From positions 14,435 to 78,434 of the forward strand of contig CANQZC010000001.1 of NCBI GenBank assembly GCA_947628235.1: a DNA stretch of 64,000 nt, read 5' to 3'. Origin of the DNA: an uncultured Bacilli bacterium. Its GTDB lineage: Bacteria > Bacillota_I > Bacilli_A > RF39 > UBA660. The notes beneath the pieces are model-generated. The model was not told where the DNA came from, made no database searches, and was given only the letters and a program-made list of their open reading frames with translations. The translations under genes and the position numbers were made by a program. Below are positions 19,883 through 29,550 of this stretch, in pieces (positions within the stretch are counted from its first letter, which is position 1; every line of letters starts with the position of its first letter).

Positions 19883-22069
19883 CTATTTTTTCTCTTTCTT
19901 TTCCTCAGTATTTTCTTCTTTTTTAGCATCAATATCATATTTATTGCTTAGTTCTACTTCTAGAGTTTCAATCTCTTCTATCTTGGTAGACGCTTTCACA
20001 CTTTGTTTGGTTACAAAACCATATCCATTCATCGTATATGGAAGTTCTAATAAACTCATATAAGTCGTAAAATCATTCTTAGACCATCCTACTACCTTTT
20101 CTAATGTTCTATTACTTCCATTCGTTACTAAGAAAACTTTATCTCCGGTAACAACGGTTCTTCCAGATTCTGGATATTGTTTTACAATGGTATCGCCATC
20201 TCCTATCGTGATGACAGATAATCCTGCTTCTTTTAATTCTTTTTCTACCGTAGCCGTTTTATTATTGACATAAGATGGTAATACTTTTCGTTTTACATCG
20301 GTAGTAATTTCTACTTCATTATAAATATTTTTGTATTTAGCAATATTTTGAATGACAGATTTTACAGCGGGCGCTAAAGAAGAAGCATACCAAGAAGATG
20401 GCTTTTTCATGGCCGCATAAATAATAATCTCTGGATCATCTTGTGGATACATTCCTGCAAAAGAAATTAAATAGTTTCCATTTCCTTCTAGATAATGTCC
20501 ATTTTCAAAGATTTGAGCTGTTCCTGTTTTACCAATAATATCGAATCCTTCGACAGCATAAGTATGTCCAGGAGCCCAAGTATTATTAATCGCACCATAC
20601 ATTAATTTCTTCATTTTCGCAACGGTTTCTTTCTTCACGATTTGTCCTGTCTTTTCCACTTTAGTTTCCGTTACTTCGCCTGTATTAGTGTTGACAATCT
20701 TCTTAATAATATGTGGTTTTACCATCACACCATCATTGGCAATAATCGTTAAGGCTTGAAGTTGTTGAATCGCAGTAGTAGATACTCCTTGTCCAAAACT
20801 AACCGTTAACCAGTCAATCTCTATTTTTCCATTAAAATCGATAGAACCTGGAAGTTCTCCAGAAAGTTCAATTCCGGTCTTTTCTCCAAATCCATAACTA
20901 TGTAGGCATTCTCTCAAAATGGTTGGACTTAAATATTCCTTCGCTACCGTCATGCTACCAACATTACTAGAATATTGATATCCTTTATCATAAGTAATGT
21001 ATCCCCAACCTTGCGTTCGCCAGTCATGGACAGTTGCTGGTCCTACTTTATAAGAACCTGATTTATACTTCTTACTTCCATCATACTTTCCCGTATCCAT
21101 CGCACATAGATAAGTATAAGTTTTCATAACAGACCCTGGTTCATATCCGTAAGAAATTAAAGGATTTTGATAACTCATATCAGGAGATAAGTTGTTAGGA
21201 TCAAAACTAGGACTTGTCGCACTTCCTAAAATTTCTCCCGTCTTCGCATCCATCGCTGCTAAAATCATCCATTCTGGTTTATATTTCTTAACCGTATCTT
21301 TGACAGCTGTCTCTAGAAATCTTTGAATATTCGAATCGATGGTTAGATAAATATCATTTCCATCAATCGCTTCTACTTTCGTTTCCGGCGTATCTGGAAT
21401 TTGATACCCAGAAATATCTTTTTGATAAGTTAAACTTCCATTCGTACCTTTTAAAAGGTCATTATATCCTGCTTCTACCCCTAGTTCTCCTTTAATTTCT
21501 CCATCCTCTAACATCTTGGCATAACCAACAATGTAAGACGCAAAAGAACCATTCGGATAAAATCTCTTCGTCGATTCGATAAAGTCAATTCCAGGAAGTT
21601 CTAAGTCTTCAATTTGTAATTTGGTAAGTTCCGTTAATTTTGATCCATAAGAACCAAATTCTACTTGATAGACTCCCTCTTTTTGAAGTCGTTCTAACAT
21701 ATAGTCGTAGGGAGCATCTAAGACTTCCGCTAAAGCCTTGGCTGTTTTCTCTTTATCTACTACATGTCTAGGATTTGATTCATCGGTTGTCCGACTAGGA
21801 CTTAAATACGCAATTAAGGTATAAGAAGCTACATTCTGCGCTAATACATCTCCTTCGGAACTATAAATAGTTCCCCGTTTAGCAAGTAGTTCTTTATCTA
21901 CCGTAATTCGATCTTTCGCAAATTTCTTCAAGTCATCTCCGTAGACTTTATTAGAAAGAGAAAGATACGCAAATTGTCCCATTAAGGCCAAAAGGAAAAA
22001 GAGAAAAATAAGTAATACATATTTTGGCTGACGCCAACTTTTTACAACGATATCGTTTTCTCTTTTCAT
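19883..22069 (-). CDS. pbpB: class B penicillin-binding protein with two C-terminal PASTA domains (PBP2B/FtsI-like)
   Basis: Contains SxxK (GSVMK), SSN and KTGT motifs plus two PASTA repeats. Its position after ftsL fits this assignment. Confidence 0.85.
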   Translation of the reverse strand: MKRENDIVVKSWRQPKYVLLIFLFFLLALMGQFAYLSLSNKVYGDDLKKFAKDRITVDKELLAKRGTIYSSEGDVLAQNVASYTLIAYLSPSRTTDESNPRHVVDKEKTAKALAEVLDAPYDYMLERLQKEGVYQVEFGSYGSKLTELTKLQIEDLELPGIDFIESTKRFYPNGSFASYIVGYAKMLEDGEIKGELGVEAGYNDLLKGTNGSLTYQKDISGYQIPDTPETKVEAIDGNDIYLTIDSNIQRFLETAVKDTVKKYKPEWMILAAMDAKTGEILGSATSPSFDPNNLSPDMSYQNPLISYGYEPGSVMKTYTYLCAMDTGKYDGSKKYKSGSYKVGPATVHDWRTQGWGYITYDKGYQYSSNVGSMTVAKEYLSPTILRECLHSYGFGEKTGIELSGELPGSIDFNGKIEIDWLTVSFGQGVSTTAIQQLQALTIIANDGVMVKPHIIKKIVNTNTGEVTETKVEKTGQIVKKETVAKMKKLMYGAINNTWAPGHTYAVEGFDIIGKTGTAQIFENGHYLEGNGNYLISFAGMYPQDDPEIIIYAAMKKPSSWYASSLAPAVKSVIQNIAKYKNIYNEVEITTDVKRKVLPSYVNNKTATVEKELKEAGLSVITIGDGDTIVKQYPESGRTVVTGDKVFLVTNGSNRTLEKVVGWSKNDFTTYMSLLELPYTMNGYGFVTKQSVKASTKIEEIETLEVELSNKYDIDAKKEENTEEKKEKK

Positions 22070-22280
22070 ATCATCACCATATATATTATATCATACTTTA
22101 TTTATTTTGTAGGAGATTCAGCAATAAATATTTTCTGATTGTCATCATCCACCGTGATTCCTCCTCCAAAAAGGAATACTACTGGCAAAGAAAACATACT
22201 ACCATAATACCTTTAATAACATGAATATTCCTGAAGTTCCTAAATTTCTTAAATATGATAAAAGGATATCTATAATTTAG

Positions 22281-22309
22281 TTGCATGTTTCATTATTTTT
22301 TTGTATAAT
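22281..22309 (+). promoter_or_regulatory. sigma-A-type promoter
   Basis: TTGCAT, a 17 nt spacer, then TGtTATAAT. Confidence 0.55.
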
Positions 22310-22335
22310 AAGAAACCATTGAAGGTGAAATATTA

Positions 22336-22458
22336 TGGAAGATATGAACTTAGAAAATTTAAACAGTGAAACACTAATGGATTTAGTTTCTCTTTTAGAG
22401 GGAATGGATGATATCTTAAAAGAAGAATTAGAGAGTGATACGAATGCAAAAAATTGAT
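22336..22458 (+). CDS. small acidic protein (40 aa)
   Basis: MEDMNLENLNSETLMDLVSLLEGMDDILKEELESDTNAKN with RBS GAAGGTGA. It overlaps the start of the next gene. Confidence 0.35.
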
Positions 22459-23544
22459 GAACGGATAAAAAAGATGGATAAAGAGCATGAAGAACTTTTA
22501 AAAAGAGTGAAGGATAGTTTACTTCAAAATCGTGATCTTTTAGATGATGAAATCAACCATTTAAAAGAAGTTTTAAAAATGGAAGAGAACAATATCAAAC
22601 AATATCATGCTATTATTCAAGCTCAAAATTTAATTGTCAGTTTAACAGAAGAAATTTTAGCTTGTAATTCTGTTGATGATATTATAAATATCCGCAAAAA
22701 ATTAAATTATTATATTAACAAAATAAAAACCATTCTCGCTAAAAGAAATATAAGTGAAAATACTATTACAGATTATCAAGAAAAAGTTAGTGGTTTAAGA
22801 AAAGAGATTTCTAGATATGTAAGATATTTAAAACGCGATAAGAATCTATCCATGATTCATAAATTACGTGATAAAGGGGATAAGATGACTCTTGAAGAAC
22901 TGCGTACTTTAAAAAAAGCGATTACGAAAGAAATTGCTTATCATAAAAGAAATTTAGGTAAGAAGGAAGAAACAAAATCATTCTTACCTGTTCCTCTTAC
23001 TTTTCCTAATCTAACAGAAAAAAGTACGATAGAACAACCTATAAAATTTAACTTTTGGCCGAAAAAACCAGAAGAGATTAATCCTCAAGCCTTTCGTATT
23101 AAACTTCCTGCAGAAAAAGAAAGAAGCATGAGTACTCATCCGTTAACTATCGATGATAAAATTCATTTCTTTGAATGTAGCGCTCATAAATTTACGGAAC
23201 AATATCATGTTATCCCAACTCAGGATTATCAAACAACTAAAATAGGAAGAAATATTGTTACTTTCTTTCAAAACTTACCACGCTATTTTCATAATAAAAA
23301 ACTACTTAAAGTGATTCAAAAAGATTATATGATATATTACCGAGGATGTGACTTAGCAAGTTATATAGAATATATAAGACAAAGAAATTCGATTAAACAT
23401 GGCTTAAAATGTATCTTTGATCAATCTTATTTATCTTCTGAAGAAGTAGCTCGTTTAAATAGTCATGAACAATGTTCTTCTTGGTTATTAAATTTCTGTA
23501 ATGAAAGGCATCTAGATTTACCAATTCAATATTATAAAGCATAA
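22435..23544 (+). CDS. hypothetical protein with N-terminal coiled coil
   Basis: 369 aa ORF; no recognisable motif. Confidence 0.5.
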   Translation: MIRMQKIDERIKKMDKEHEELLKRVKDSLLQNRDLLDDEINHLKEVLKMEENNIKQYHAIIQAQNLIVSLTEEILACNSVDDIINIRKKLNYYINKIKTILAKRNISENTITDYQEKVSGLRKEISRYVRYLKRDKNLSMIHKLRDKGDKMTLEELRTLKKAITKEIAYHKRNLGKKEETKSFLPVPLTFPNLTEKSTIEQPIKFNFWPKKPEEINPQAFRIKLPAEKERSMSTHPLTIDDKIHFFECSAHKFTEQYHVIPTQDYQTTKIGRNIVTFFQNLPRYFHNKKLLKVIQKDYMIYYRGCDLASYIEYIRQRNSIKHGLKCIFDQSYLSSEEVARLNSHEQCSSWLLNFCNERHLDLPIQYYKA

Positions 23545-23569
23545 AAAAGCCTATTTAAAGGCTTTTTTA
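23543..23569. terminator. bidirectional rho-independent terminator
   Basis: A6-AGCCTatttaAAGGCT-T6 between convergent genes. Confidence 0.65.
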
Positions 23570-25186
23570 TATTAACTTATATACTTTTGGATTATCTATC
23601 GTCTCGCTTGTTACAATTAATTTTGTATATTTAGATTGTGTTGTTTGTAACATAAATTTAGAATGCGTTAAGCTTTCATTAACAACAATATTCATACCAC
23701 GGAAACCACTTTTCTTTTTAAAAGCATCATCACATAAACGATCAATATAATCCTCACTAAAAACAATCTCAACACCATAATTTCTTTTAAATTTATTATT
23801 TTGAATAACAAATGGAGATAATAATCCTTTTAAAAGAGCTTCCCGCATCATTTCTTTGGTAACTTTATTATATTGAACAAAAAGGTTCCATCGTCCAATA
23901 AATTCATCCGCTAAACCATATTGCTGTAAATCATCGATAGATACCCCTTTTTCCTCCTCTTCTTCCATATTATGTATTCCAATACGATGACTTTTTTTCT
24001 TAAAAATATCTTCAAAAGCTCCTCCACAAGCAACTGTCATCATACTAGTATCAATAATAACAGAATTACCTAACTTATCAATTTCAACATTAAATTTACT
24101 TCCTTCAATAAATTTAAGTAAGGCTTGCTGCGCTCCAATATCACTAACGGCATTTCCACGACTTGCTAACTTATCTACTTCATCAAAGAACACAATAGCT
24201 CTTTCGGTCTTATCAATATTTTTACCACATAACATATATAAATCATTTAAAACATTTAAGACACTTTTACCATGATATCCTTCTTGTACAATCGTATTAC
24301 AATCTACAGTAATAACAGGAACATCCAGTATTTGACCTAATAGTTTAAATAATAAACTTTTACCACATCCTGTTTGTCCTATCACAAAAGGCTTAACAAT
24401 CTCTTCAGGAGTAGTAGCATACATATTATCAAATACTGCACTAACAATCATTTCAACAGCATGATCTTGTCCGATAATACGATTTTTTATATATGCTGTA
24501 GCGCTACTGACATCTATTACGGTAGGCTTTGGACTTTCTTCTACTTTAGGTAAAATTTTTGGTATTTTCACTTCTTTATCATGGACCGTTACCGCTAATA
24601 TTTCTGTACCATCAGGAGAAGTCTTAATCTCACTTACATCCTTGTCTTTTTTTAATCTTTCAATAGCCGATGTTCGGCGAAATAAATTGCCTAATAATTG
24701 TCTTAACTCTTTAGGATTAGATATTTCTAACATTCTTTTTAATTGCCCTTTAGTTAAAGTAACATACCCTTCCCCATCATCAATACGATAAGTAGGTAAA
24801 TGAGTTAAGGATTGAATCTGTAATTTATTCAAGGATATAACATTTATTTGCTTACTTTTTTTATCTATATACCCTAATAAGATAACATCTTTTATCTCAT
24901 CATAAAAGTGTGATAAAGCTTCATAAGTATTTGGTATTTGATATCTATTTTGTAAATCACGCGCTGTAATATCAAAATAATAGGATAAGTCATGACCTGA
25001 TGTAAAACATTCAAAATCTTTACAACTATAAAAAGTATGTCCTGAGTGATCTATAAAATGTCCATCACTTCTATCGATGATTCCCTCTGAATAATTACAA
25101 GGCATAAATAAATATAAATCATCACATATTAACTGTTTTTTATAAATAACAGCAAATACTTCATTAGGTGTACGCATAATCATCAC
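23567..25186 (-). CDS. ClpX-like AAA+ ATPase with novel ~240 aa N-terminal domain replacing the zinc-binding domain
   Basis: Walker A GQTGCGKS, Walker B VFFDEVDKL, and ClpX-like blocks QQALLKFIEGS, ACGGAF, EFIGRW, GFRGMN. The pore loop reads GYHG instead of GYVG. An IGI sequence sits at the IGF-loop position. Confidence 0.65.
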   Translation of the reverse strand: MMIMRTPNEVFAVIYKKQLICDDLYLFMPCNYSEGIIDRSDGHFIDHSGHTFYSCKDFECFTSGHDLSYYFDITARDLQNRYQIPNTYEALSHFYDEIKDVILLGYIDKKSKQINVISLNKLQIQSLTHLPTYRIDDGEGYVTLTKGQLKRMLEISNPKELRQLLGNLFRRTSAIERLKKDKDVSEIKTSPDGTEILAVTVHDKEVKIPKILPKVEESPKPTVIDVSSATAYIKNRIIGQDHAVEMIVSAVFDNMYATTPEEIVKPFVIGQTGCGKSLLFKLLGQILDVPVITVDCNTIVQEGYHGKSVLNVLNDLYMLCGKNIDKTERAIVFFDEVDKLASRGNAVSDIGAQQALLKFIEGSKFNVEIDKLGNSVIIDTSMMTVACGGAFEDIFKKKSHRIGIHNMEEEEEKGVSIDDLQQYGLADEFIGRWNLFVQYNKVTKEMMREALLKGLLSPFVIQNNKFKRNYGVEIVFSEDYIDRLCDDAFKKKSGFRGMNIVVNESLTHSKFMLQTTQSKYTKLIVTSETIDNPKVYKLI

Positions 25187-25248
25187 TCCACAGTTTTTTA
25201 TTATATAACAGAAACCATTATTTCACAATAAAAAATAGACTTTTACGT

Positions 25249-25542
25249 CTATTTATTTATTACCACAATATTCTCATTATTATAGGCGAGGCCTAACTCT
25301 TTAATTACCCCACTTACATTTTCATAGGAAGTAAGTTCATTGACTTGCATCGTTAAAGATTCATTCTTCTTTTCTTGATTTTCAATCTCATAATTCATCT
25401 TTTCAATGTTCATCTTCATATTACTAATTTGCGCTCCAAAGAAAATCTTCGTCGCAAAAAGTGCGGTGATAGAAAGAAGTCCTACCGTATAAACTAATTT
25501 TTCCTTCTTTGTAAATTTTGCTTTTCTCTTTTTTTGTTTCAT
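25249..25542 (-). CDS. ftsL: cell division protein FtsL-like
   Basis: Small bitopic coiled-coil protein located between rsmH and pbpB. Confidence 0.6.
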   Translation of the reverse strand: MKQKKRKAKFTKKEKLVYTVGLLSITALFATKIFFGAQISNMKMNIEKMNYEIENQEKKNESLTMQVNELTSYENVSGVIKELGLAYNNENIVVINK

Positions 25543-25546
25543 ATAA

Positions 25547-26455
25547 TCAACCTATTCTTTCTATTACTCTTAATTTCGCACTTCGTGCACGGGGGTTTTC
25601 TAAAATTTCTTCTTCCGTTGGTGTCAAAGTTTTTACTACTCGATACTTAGGGAGGTACTCTAGGGGAACAACAGGTAAAGACTTTAGTTCTTCTTTTAGT
25701 TCTGTTACTCCCCTAAAGGTTTCTTTGACAATTCTATCTTCTAAGGAATGGAAGGTAATCACACAGATTCTTCCTCCTGGAGAAAGTAAATCTAACGCTT
25801 GTTTTAAGCTTTCTTCTAGTACTTCTAATTCATTGTTTACTTCAATACGAATGGCTTGAAAAACTTTTCTAGCAGGATGTTTTTCACGACGATATTTTTC
25901 AGGAACATGTCTTTTAATAGCTTCTACTAGTTCTAATGTTGTCTCGATAGGACGCTCTTCGACAATTCCTCTAGCGATACTAGCTGCATATTTTTCTTCC
26001 CCATAACGATGAAAGATATCTGCTAAAGTATCATAATCATAATGATTTACAACTTCATAAGCTGTCAAGAATTGTTTCTTATCCATTCTCATATCTAAAG
26101 TCGCATCTTGATGAAAACTAAATCCTCTTTCTTTTTCATCTAATTGTGGACTAGATACTCCTAAATCATAAAGAATCCCATCGACAGAAGAAATTCCTTT
26201 CTTCTCTAGTTCTTCTTTTAAATGACAAAAATTAGAAGAGATAATACAATAATTATCGGCAATCTTCTTTAGCCGTTCTTGACTAGATAAGATTGCTTCT
26301 TCATCTTGATCAAAGGCGAATAGATATCCCCTTTTTATTCTTTTTAAAATTTCGCTACTGTGTCCACCATACCCTAAAGTACAGTCTACGATTTTACTAT
26401 CCTCTTTTAAATTTAAATATTGAATACATTCTTCTAGTAAAACACTCTTATGCAT
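25547..26455 (-). CDS. rsmH: 16S rRNA (cytosine1402-N4)-methyltransferase
   Basis: MHKSVLLEECIQYL...DCTLGYGGHS is typical of MraW. Confidence 0.9.
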   Translation of the reverse strand: MHKSVLLEECIQYLNLKEDSKIVDCTLGYGGHSSEILKRIKRGYLFAFDQDEEAILSSQERLKKIADNYCIISSNFCHLKEELEKKGISSVDGILYDLGVSSPQLDEKERGFSFHQDATLDMRMDKKQFLTAYEVVNHYDYDTLADIFHRYGEEKYAASIARGIVEERPIETTLELVEAIKRHVPEKYRREKHPARKVFQAIRIEVNNELEVLEESLKQALDLLSPGGRICVITFHSLEDRIVKETFRGVTELKEELKSLPVVPLEYLPKYRVVKTLTPTEEEILENPRARSAKLRVIERIG

Positions 26456-26463
26456 AAACTCTC

Positions 26464-26898
26464 CTATAGGGGAAGATTGGTAGCAAACAAATTATCAGCA
26501 ATCTCAGATAAATTTTCTTCATTGGTAGAGATAAATTGATCCCAACGATCTTTACTCCAAACCTCTAATCTTTCATCCACTCCGATAATGATACAATCTT
26601 TTTCTAAAGCAGCATATTCAACGAGTGGAACAGGGATATTTACTCTTCCCTGCTTATCTAATTCACAGACAGTAGCGCCGGATAAAAATATTCTCATGAA
26701 GTAACGGCGGTCTTTGGTATCAGGTAATTGTTTATATTTTTGAATGATGATATTCCATTCCGGTTTTGGGTAGATAAATAAGCAACCTTCTAACCCACGA
26801 GTTACGATAAACTCCTCTCCTAAGTCCTCACGAACTTTGGAAGGAATGATAAGTCTACCCTTCGTATCTATGGCGTGATGATATTCCCCCATAAACAT
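26464..26898 (-). CDS. mraZ: transcriptional regulator MraZ
   Basis: MFMGEYHHAIDTKGRLIIPSK and a second DUF division-domain repeat. Confidence 0.9.
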   Translation of the reverse strand: MFMGEYHHAIDTKGRLIIPSKVREDLGEEFIVTRGLEGCLFIYPKPEWNIIIQKYKQLPDTKDRRYFMRIFLSGATVCELDKQGRVNIPVPLVEYAALEKDCIIIGVDERLEVWSKDRWDQFISTNEENLSEIADNLFATNLPL

Positions 26899-26904
26899 AA
26901 AAAT

Positions 26905-26972
26905 CACCCACCTTTAACCACTTCTATCCACTCTGTACCACCATTATACCCCACAACAAACCACTTTGTAAA
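26905..26972 (-). promoter_or_regulatory. mraZ promoter (-35 TTTACA / -10 TATAAT) followed by MraZ operator array of four GTGG[TAG] repeats at 10-nt phasing
   Basis: Minus-strand sequence tttacaaagtggtttgttgtggggTATAATggtgGTGGTacagaGTGGAtagaaGTGGTtaaagGTGGGtga. Confidence 0.6.
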
Positions 26973-27013
26973 TAGGTTTTCTTAGATTTTATGAAATTTT
27001 GACAAGAAATTTT

Positions 27014-27040
27014 GTCAAAAAAAAGAGGCTTCCCTCTTTT
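27014..27040 (-). terminator. rho-independent terminator
   Basis: On the minus strand the hairpin aaaAGAGGgaagCCTCTttttttt. Confidence 0.6.
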
Positions 27041-27173
27041 ATAGTAAATAAGACCCAATAATAATCGCGAGTAAGATATAAAGTACGATTAAAATGACAT
27101 ATCCATTCCCAGAATGGCAATTATTTTTGGGAGTCTCTCTTACTTCTTTGTTGCATGAATCTCCACAAGCCAT
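27039..27173 (-). CDS. YjcZ-like small sporulation protein (44 aa)
   Basis: MACGDSCNKEVRETPKNNCHSGNGYVILIVLYILLAIIIGSYLL with strong RBS AAGGAGG. Cys-rich N-terminus followed by an ILL-rich TM segment. Confidence 0.5.
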   Translation of the reverse strand: MACGDSCNKEVRETPKNNCHSGNGYVILIVLYILLAIIIGSYLL

Positions 27174-27183
27174 AAAAACCTCC

Positions 27184-27270
27184 TTAAATCCAAGCTCCAA
27201 GTATAATAATTAAAAGAATAAATAATACTAAGACGATTGCCGCAGAAGATACTCCAGAATTACAACACAT
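27184..27270 (-). CDS. YjcZ-like small sporulation protein (28 aa)
   Basis: MCCNSGVSSAAIVLVLFILLIIILGAWI with RBS AAAGGAGGA. Confidence 0.5.
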   Translation of the reverse strand: MCCNSGVSSAAIVLVLFILLIIILGAWI

Positions 27271-27417
27271 AAAATCATTCCTCCTTTTTTGTCTTTTCAC
27301 AGTTATTTTATGAATATTTTATGAAGATGTGAAAGAAATCGTTGAATTTTAGACTAGGATTTGATATCATAGACATGTACATTGAAATCATGCGTACTAG
27401 AGGAGGAATTAGAAAAT

Positions 27418-28407
27418 ATGAAGAAAAAGATTTTAATGGTCGTTTGCTCTATTGCCCTTGTTTTAACAACAGCTTGTGGCAATCCAAAGTTAAAAAATGG
27501 AGAGGAAGTAGTCGTTTCTGTCAAAGGAAAAGAAGTATCTGCTAATGAACTTTATGAAGAATTAAAAGCATCTTATGGATACTCTGCTGCTCTTGATTTA
27601 ATCGATGCTTATATTGCTGATCAAGAAGTAGAAACTACCGATGAAATCAAAGAACAAGCACAAGCAACAGTAGATCAAATCGTTCAAATTGCTGCAATGT
27701 ATGGAGTAGAATTAAAAGAATACTTAGCTGCTTATGGAATTAACGCTACTACCGAAGAAGAGTTCTTAGATTATATGATTCGTAACCAAAAAGTTACAGT
27801 TATGATTGAAAACTGGGTAAAAGAAAATTTAACCGATAAAGAAATCGAAGAGTACTACAAAGAAAACTATACAGAACAACTTACTGTTCGTCATATTCTT
27901 ATCGAACCAGCAGACAGTGATAAAGATGGAAAAGAAGCGAAAGAAAAAGCTGAAAAATTAATTAAAGAATTAGGAAAAGTTGACAAAGATAAAGTAGAAG
28001 AGAAATTTACAGAGCTTGCCAAAGATAACTCTGATGATGGAGGAACTTATGCGAATGGTGGATTACTTGAAAAATTCATGGCTAGCACAGTTCCTGAAGA
28101 GTTCTGGGAAGCAGCTAGTAAATTAAAAGATGGCGAATATACAAAGAGTCCCGTAAAATCAGACGAAGGTTACCACATCATCTTAAGAATTTCTTCTAGC
28201 GAAAAACCAAGTCTTGAAGATTCTAAAGAAGAAATTGAAAATGCTCTTGTCGAAGAAAAATTAAATGAAGATGCTAATCTTCAATATGACGCTATCACTG
28301 CTTTAAGAAAGAAATATAATCTTAAGTTCTATGATAAAGACCTAGAAAATTCTTACAATGATTTCCTTAAACAATTAGAGGAAGCAAAAGCAAGTAGTGA
28401 AGAATAA
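27418..28407 (+). CDS. prsA: foldase lipoprotein PrsA (parvulin-type PPIase)
   Basis: Lipobox LTTAC. Parvulin block VRHILIEP ... GGLLEKFM ... GYHIILR. Confidence 0.75.
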   Translation: MKKKILMVVCSIALVLTTACGNPKLKNGEEVVVSVKGKEVSANELYEELKASYGYSAALDLIDAYIADQEVETTDEIKEQAQATVDQIVQIAAMYGVELKEYLAAYGINATTEEEFLDYMIRNQKVTVMIENWVKENLTDKEIEEYYKENYTEQLTVRHILIEPADSDKDGKEAKEKAEKLIKELGKVDKDKVEEKFTELAKDNSDDGGTYANGGLLEKFMASTVPEEFWEAASKLKDGEYTKSPVKSDEGYHIILRISSSEKPSLEDSKEEIENALVEEKLNEDANLQYDAITALRKKYNLKFYDKDLENSYNDFLKQLEEAKASSEE

Positions 28408-28436
28408 AAAAAATCAGAAATCCTGATTTTTTTTGT
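28408..28436. terminator. bidirectional terminator
   Basis: A8-TCAGgaaatCCTGA-T8. Confidence 0.65.
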
Positions 28437-29190
28437 CTAAAAAATTTTCAATGTCATGGATATCAAATCCTTTACTATATAGTTTTTCCTTTATTTTATA
28501 AGAAAGTTCTGGTTCTTCCCATTTCTTAGAAAGTTTTTGATAAATCCTTTCATATTCTTTTTCTAGTTTTTCATCATCTTCAAAAGTTTGGGTAGATAAA
28601 ATCTCTAAAATCATGTCTTTACTATATCCTAATTGAACCATATCCATCACAATTTTTTGTTGCAATTGATAATTGGAATGTTTCTTATCTCTTGCAATTC
28701 TTTTTAAAATTAATTTGGTAAGTTTCTCTTTTACATAAGACATATCTATTTTCGCAAATTCCTCTTCAATAATAGTTTCGTCAATCTCTTGCGCTAATAG
28801 ATAATTTTCTATCTTATTTGGTCCATCATTGCTTAAATATAAACTATCCGAAATATACGCCTTCGCATAAGCAAGATCCGATAAAAGTCCTAAATCAGAA
28901 AGTCTCTTTTTGATTTTTTCTTTTTCTGATTCAGCAATCTCAAACTGTTCTAAATATTCATCTATCTCTTTCCGAGAACGAACTCTCCGTAAAAGATAGT
29001 TGAGAGTCTTATGATAGATTTCGGCATAGGCATTATCAATCCCTATCTGTTTTAAGTCTTCCCTACTAATCTCTTTTTGAAATAAAAGACGATTCTTCAA
29101 GATAACATCATCATAGGTAGTAATACTTTCCCCATCAATCATCACTTTATATTTTCCTGATTTTAGTTTCTTGATTTCTCCTACTTTCAT
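28414..29190 (-). CDS. recX: recombination regulator RecX
   Basis: 258 aa helical-repeat protein carrying YLLRRVRSRKEI. Confidence 0.6.
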   Translation of the reverse strand: MKVGEIKKLKSGKYKVMIDGESITTYDDVILKNRLLFQKEISREDLKQIGIDNAYAEIYHKTLNYLLRRVRSRKEIDEYLEQFEIAESEKEKIKKRLSDLGLLSDLAYAKAYISDSLYLSNDGPNKIENYLLAQEIDETIIEEEFAKIDMSYVKEKLTKLILKRIARDKKHSNYQLQQKIVMDMVQLGYSKDMILEILSTQTFEDDEKLEKEYERIYQKLSKKWEEPELSYKIKEKLYSKGFDIHDIENFLDKKNQDF

Positions 29191-29230
29191 GCTACCACCA
29201 ATTTCATTATAGCAAACAAAAGTTCGTTTA

Positions 29231-29455
29231 TCAAGAGTTTTCTATCGTTTCTTGATTCTTTTTTCTTTCTTGATACTCCTCTTCTAACATTTCTTCTATC
29301 TTTAAGCATTTTTCAAAATAAGCTTGTTCATATTTTTCTAATAGTTCTTGATACTCCATTTTATGTTCTCCATAGACCATTCTACGAAGTTCATTTCTGG
29401 GGACTTCAATGAGTTCATGAACCATTTTAGTATATTCTTCTATTGGATTATACAT
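29231..29455 (-). CDS. hypothetical small protein
   Basis: Start taken at MYNPIEEY. Confidence 0.35.
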   Translation of the reverse strand: MYNPIEEYTKMVHELIEVPRNELRRMVYGEHKMEYQELLEKYEQAYFEKCLKIEEMLEEEYQERKKNQETIENS

Positions 29456-29550
29456 ATTGCTCCTTCCTACTATATTCACTATTATAATGGTTATATAGCC
29501 AATAGTCAAGCGAACACTAAACTTGCTATGATAATTCTAGAGGGATTGTT

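Noticed and set aside
27000-27019. Perfect inverted repeat TTGACAAgaaattTTGTCAA upstream of mraZ as a regulator operator
   Set aside because: It sits immediately after the small-ORF terminator and ~60 nt upstream of the mraZ -10, too far to be its -35. It may be a protein-binding site, but nothing in the sequence distinguishes that from a chance or secondary terminator palindrome.
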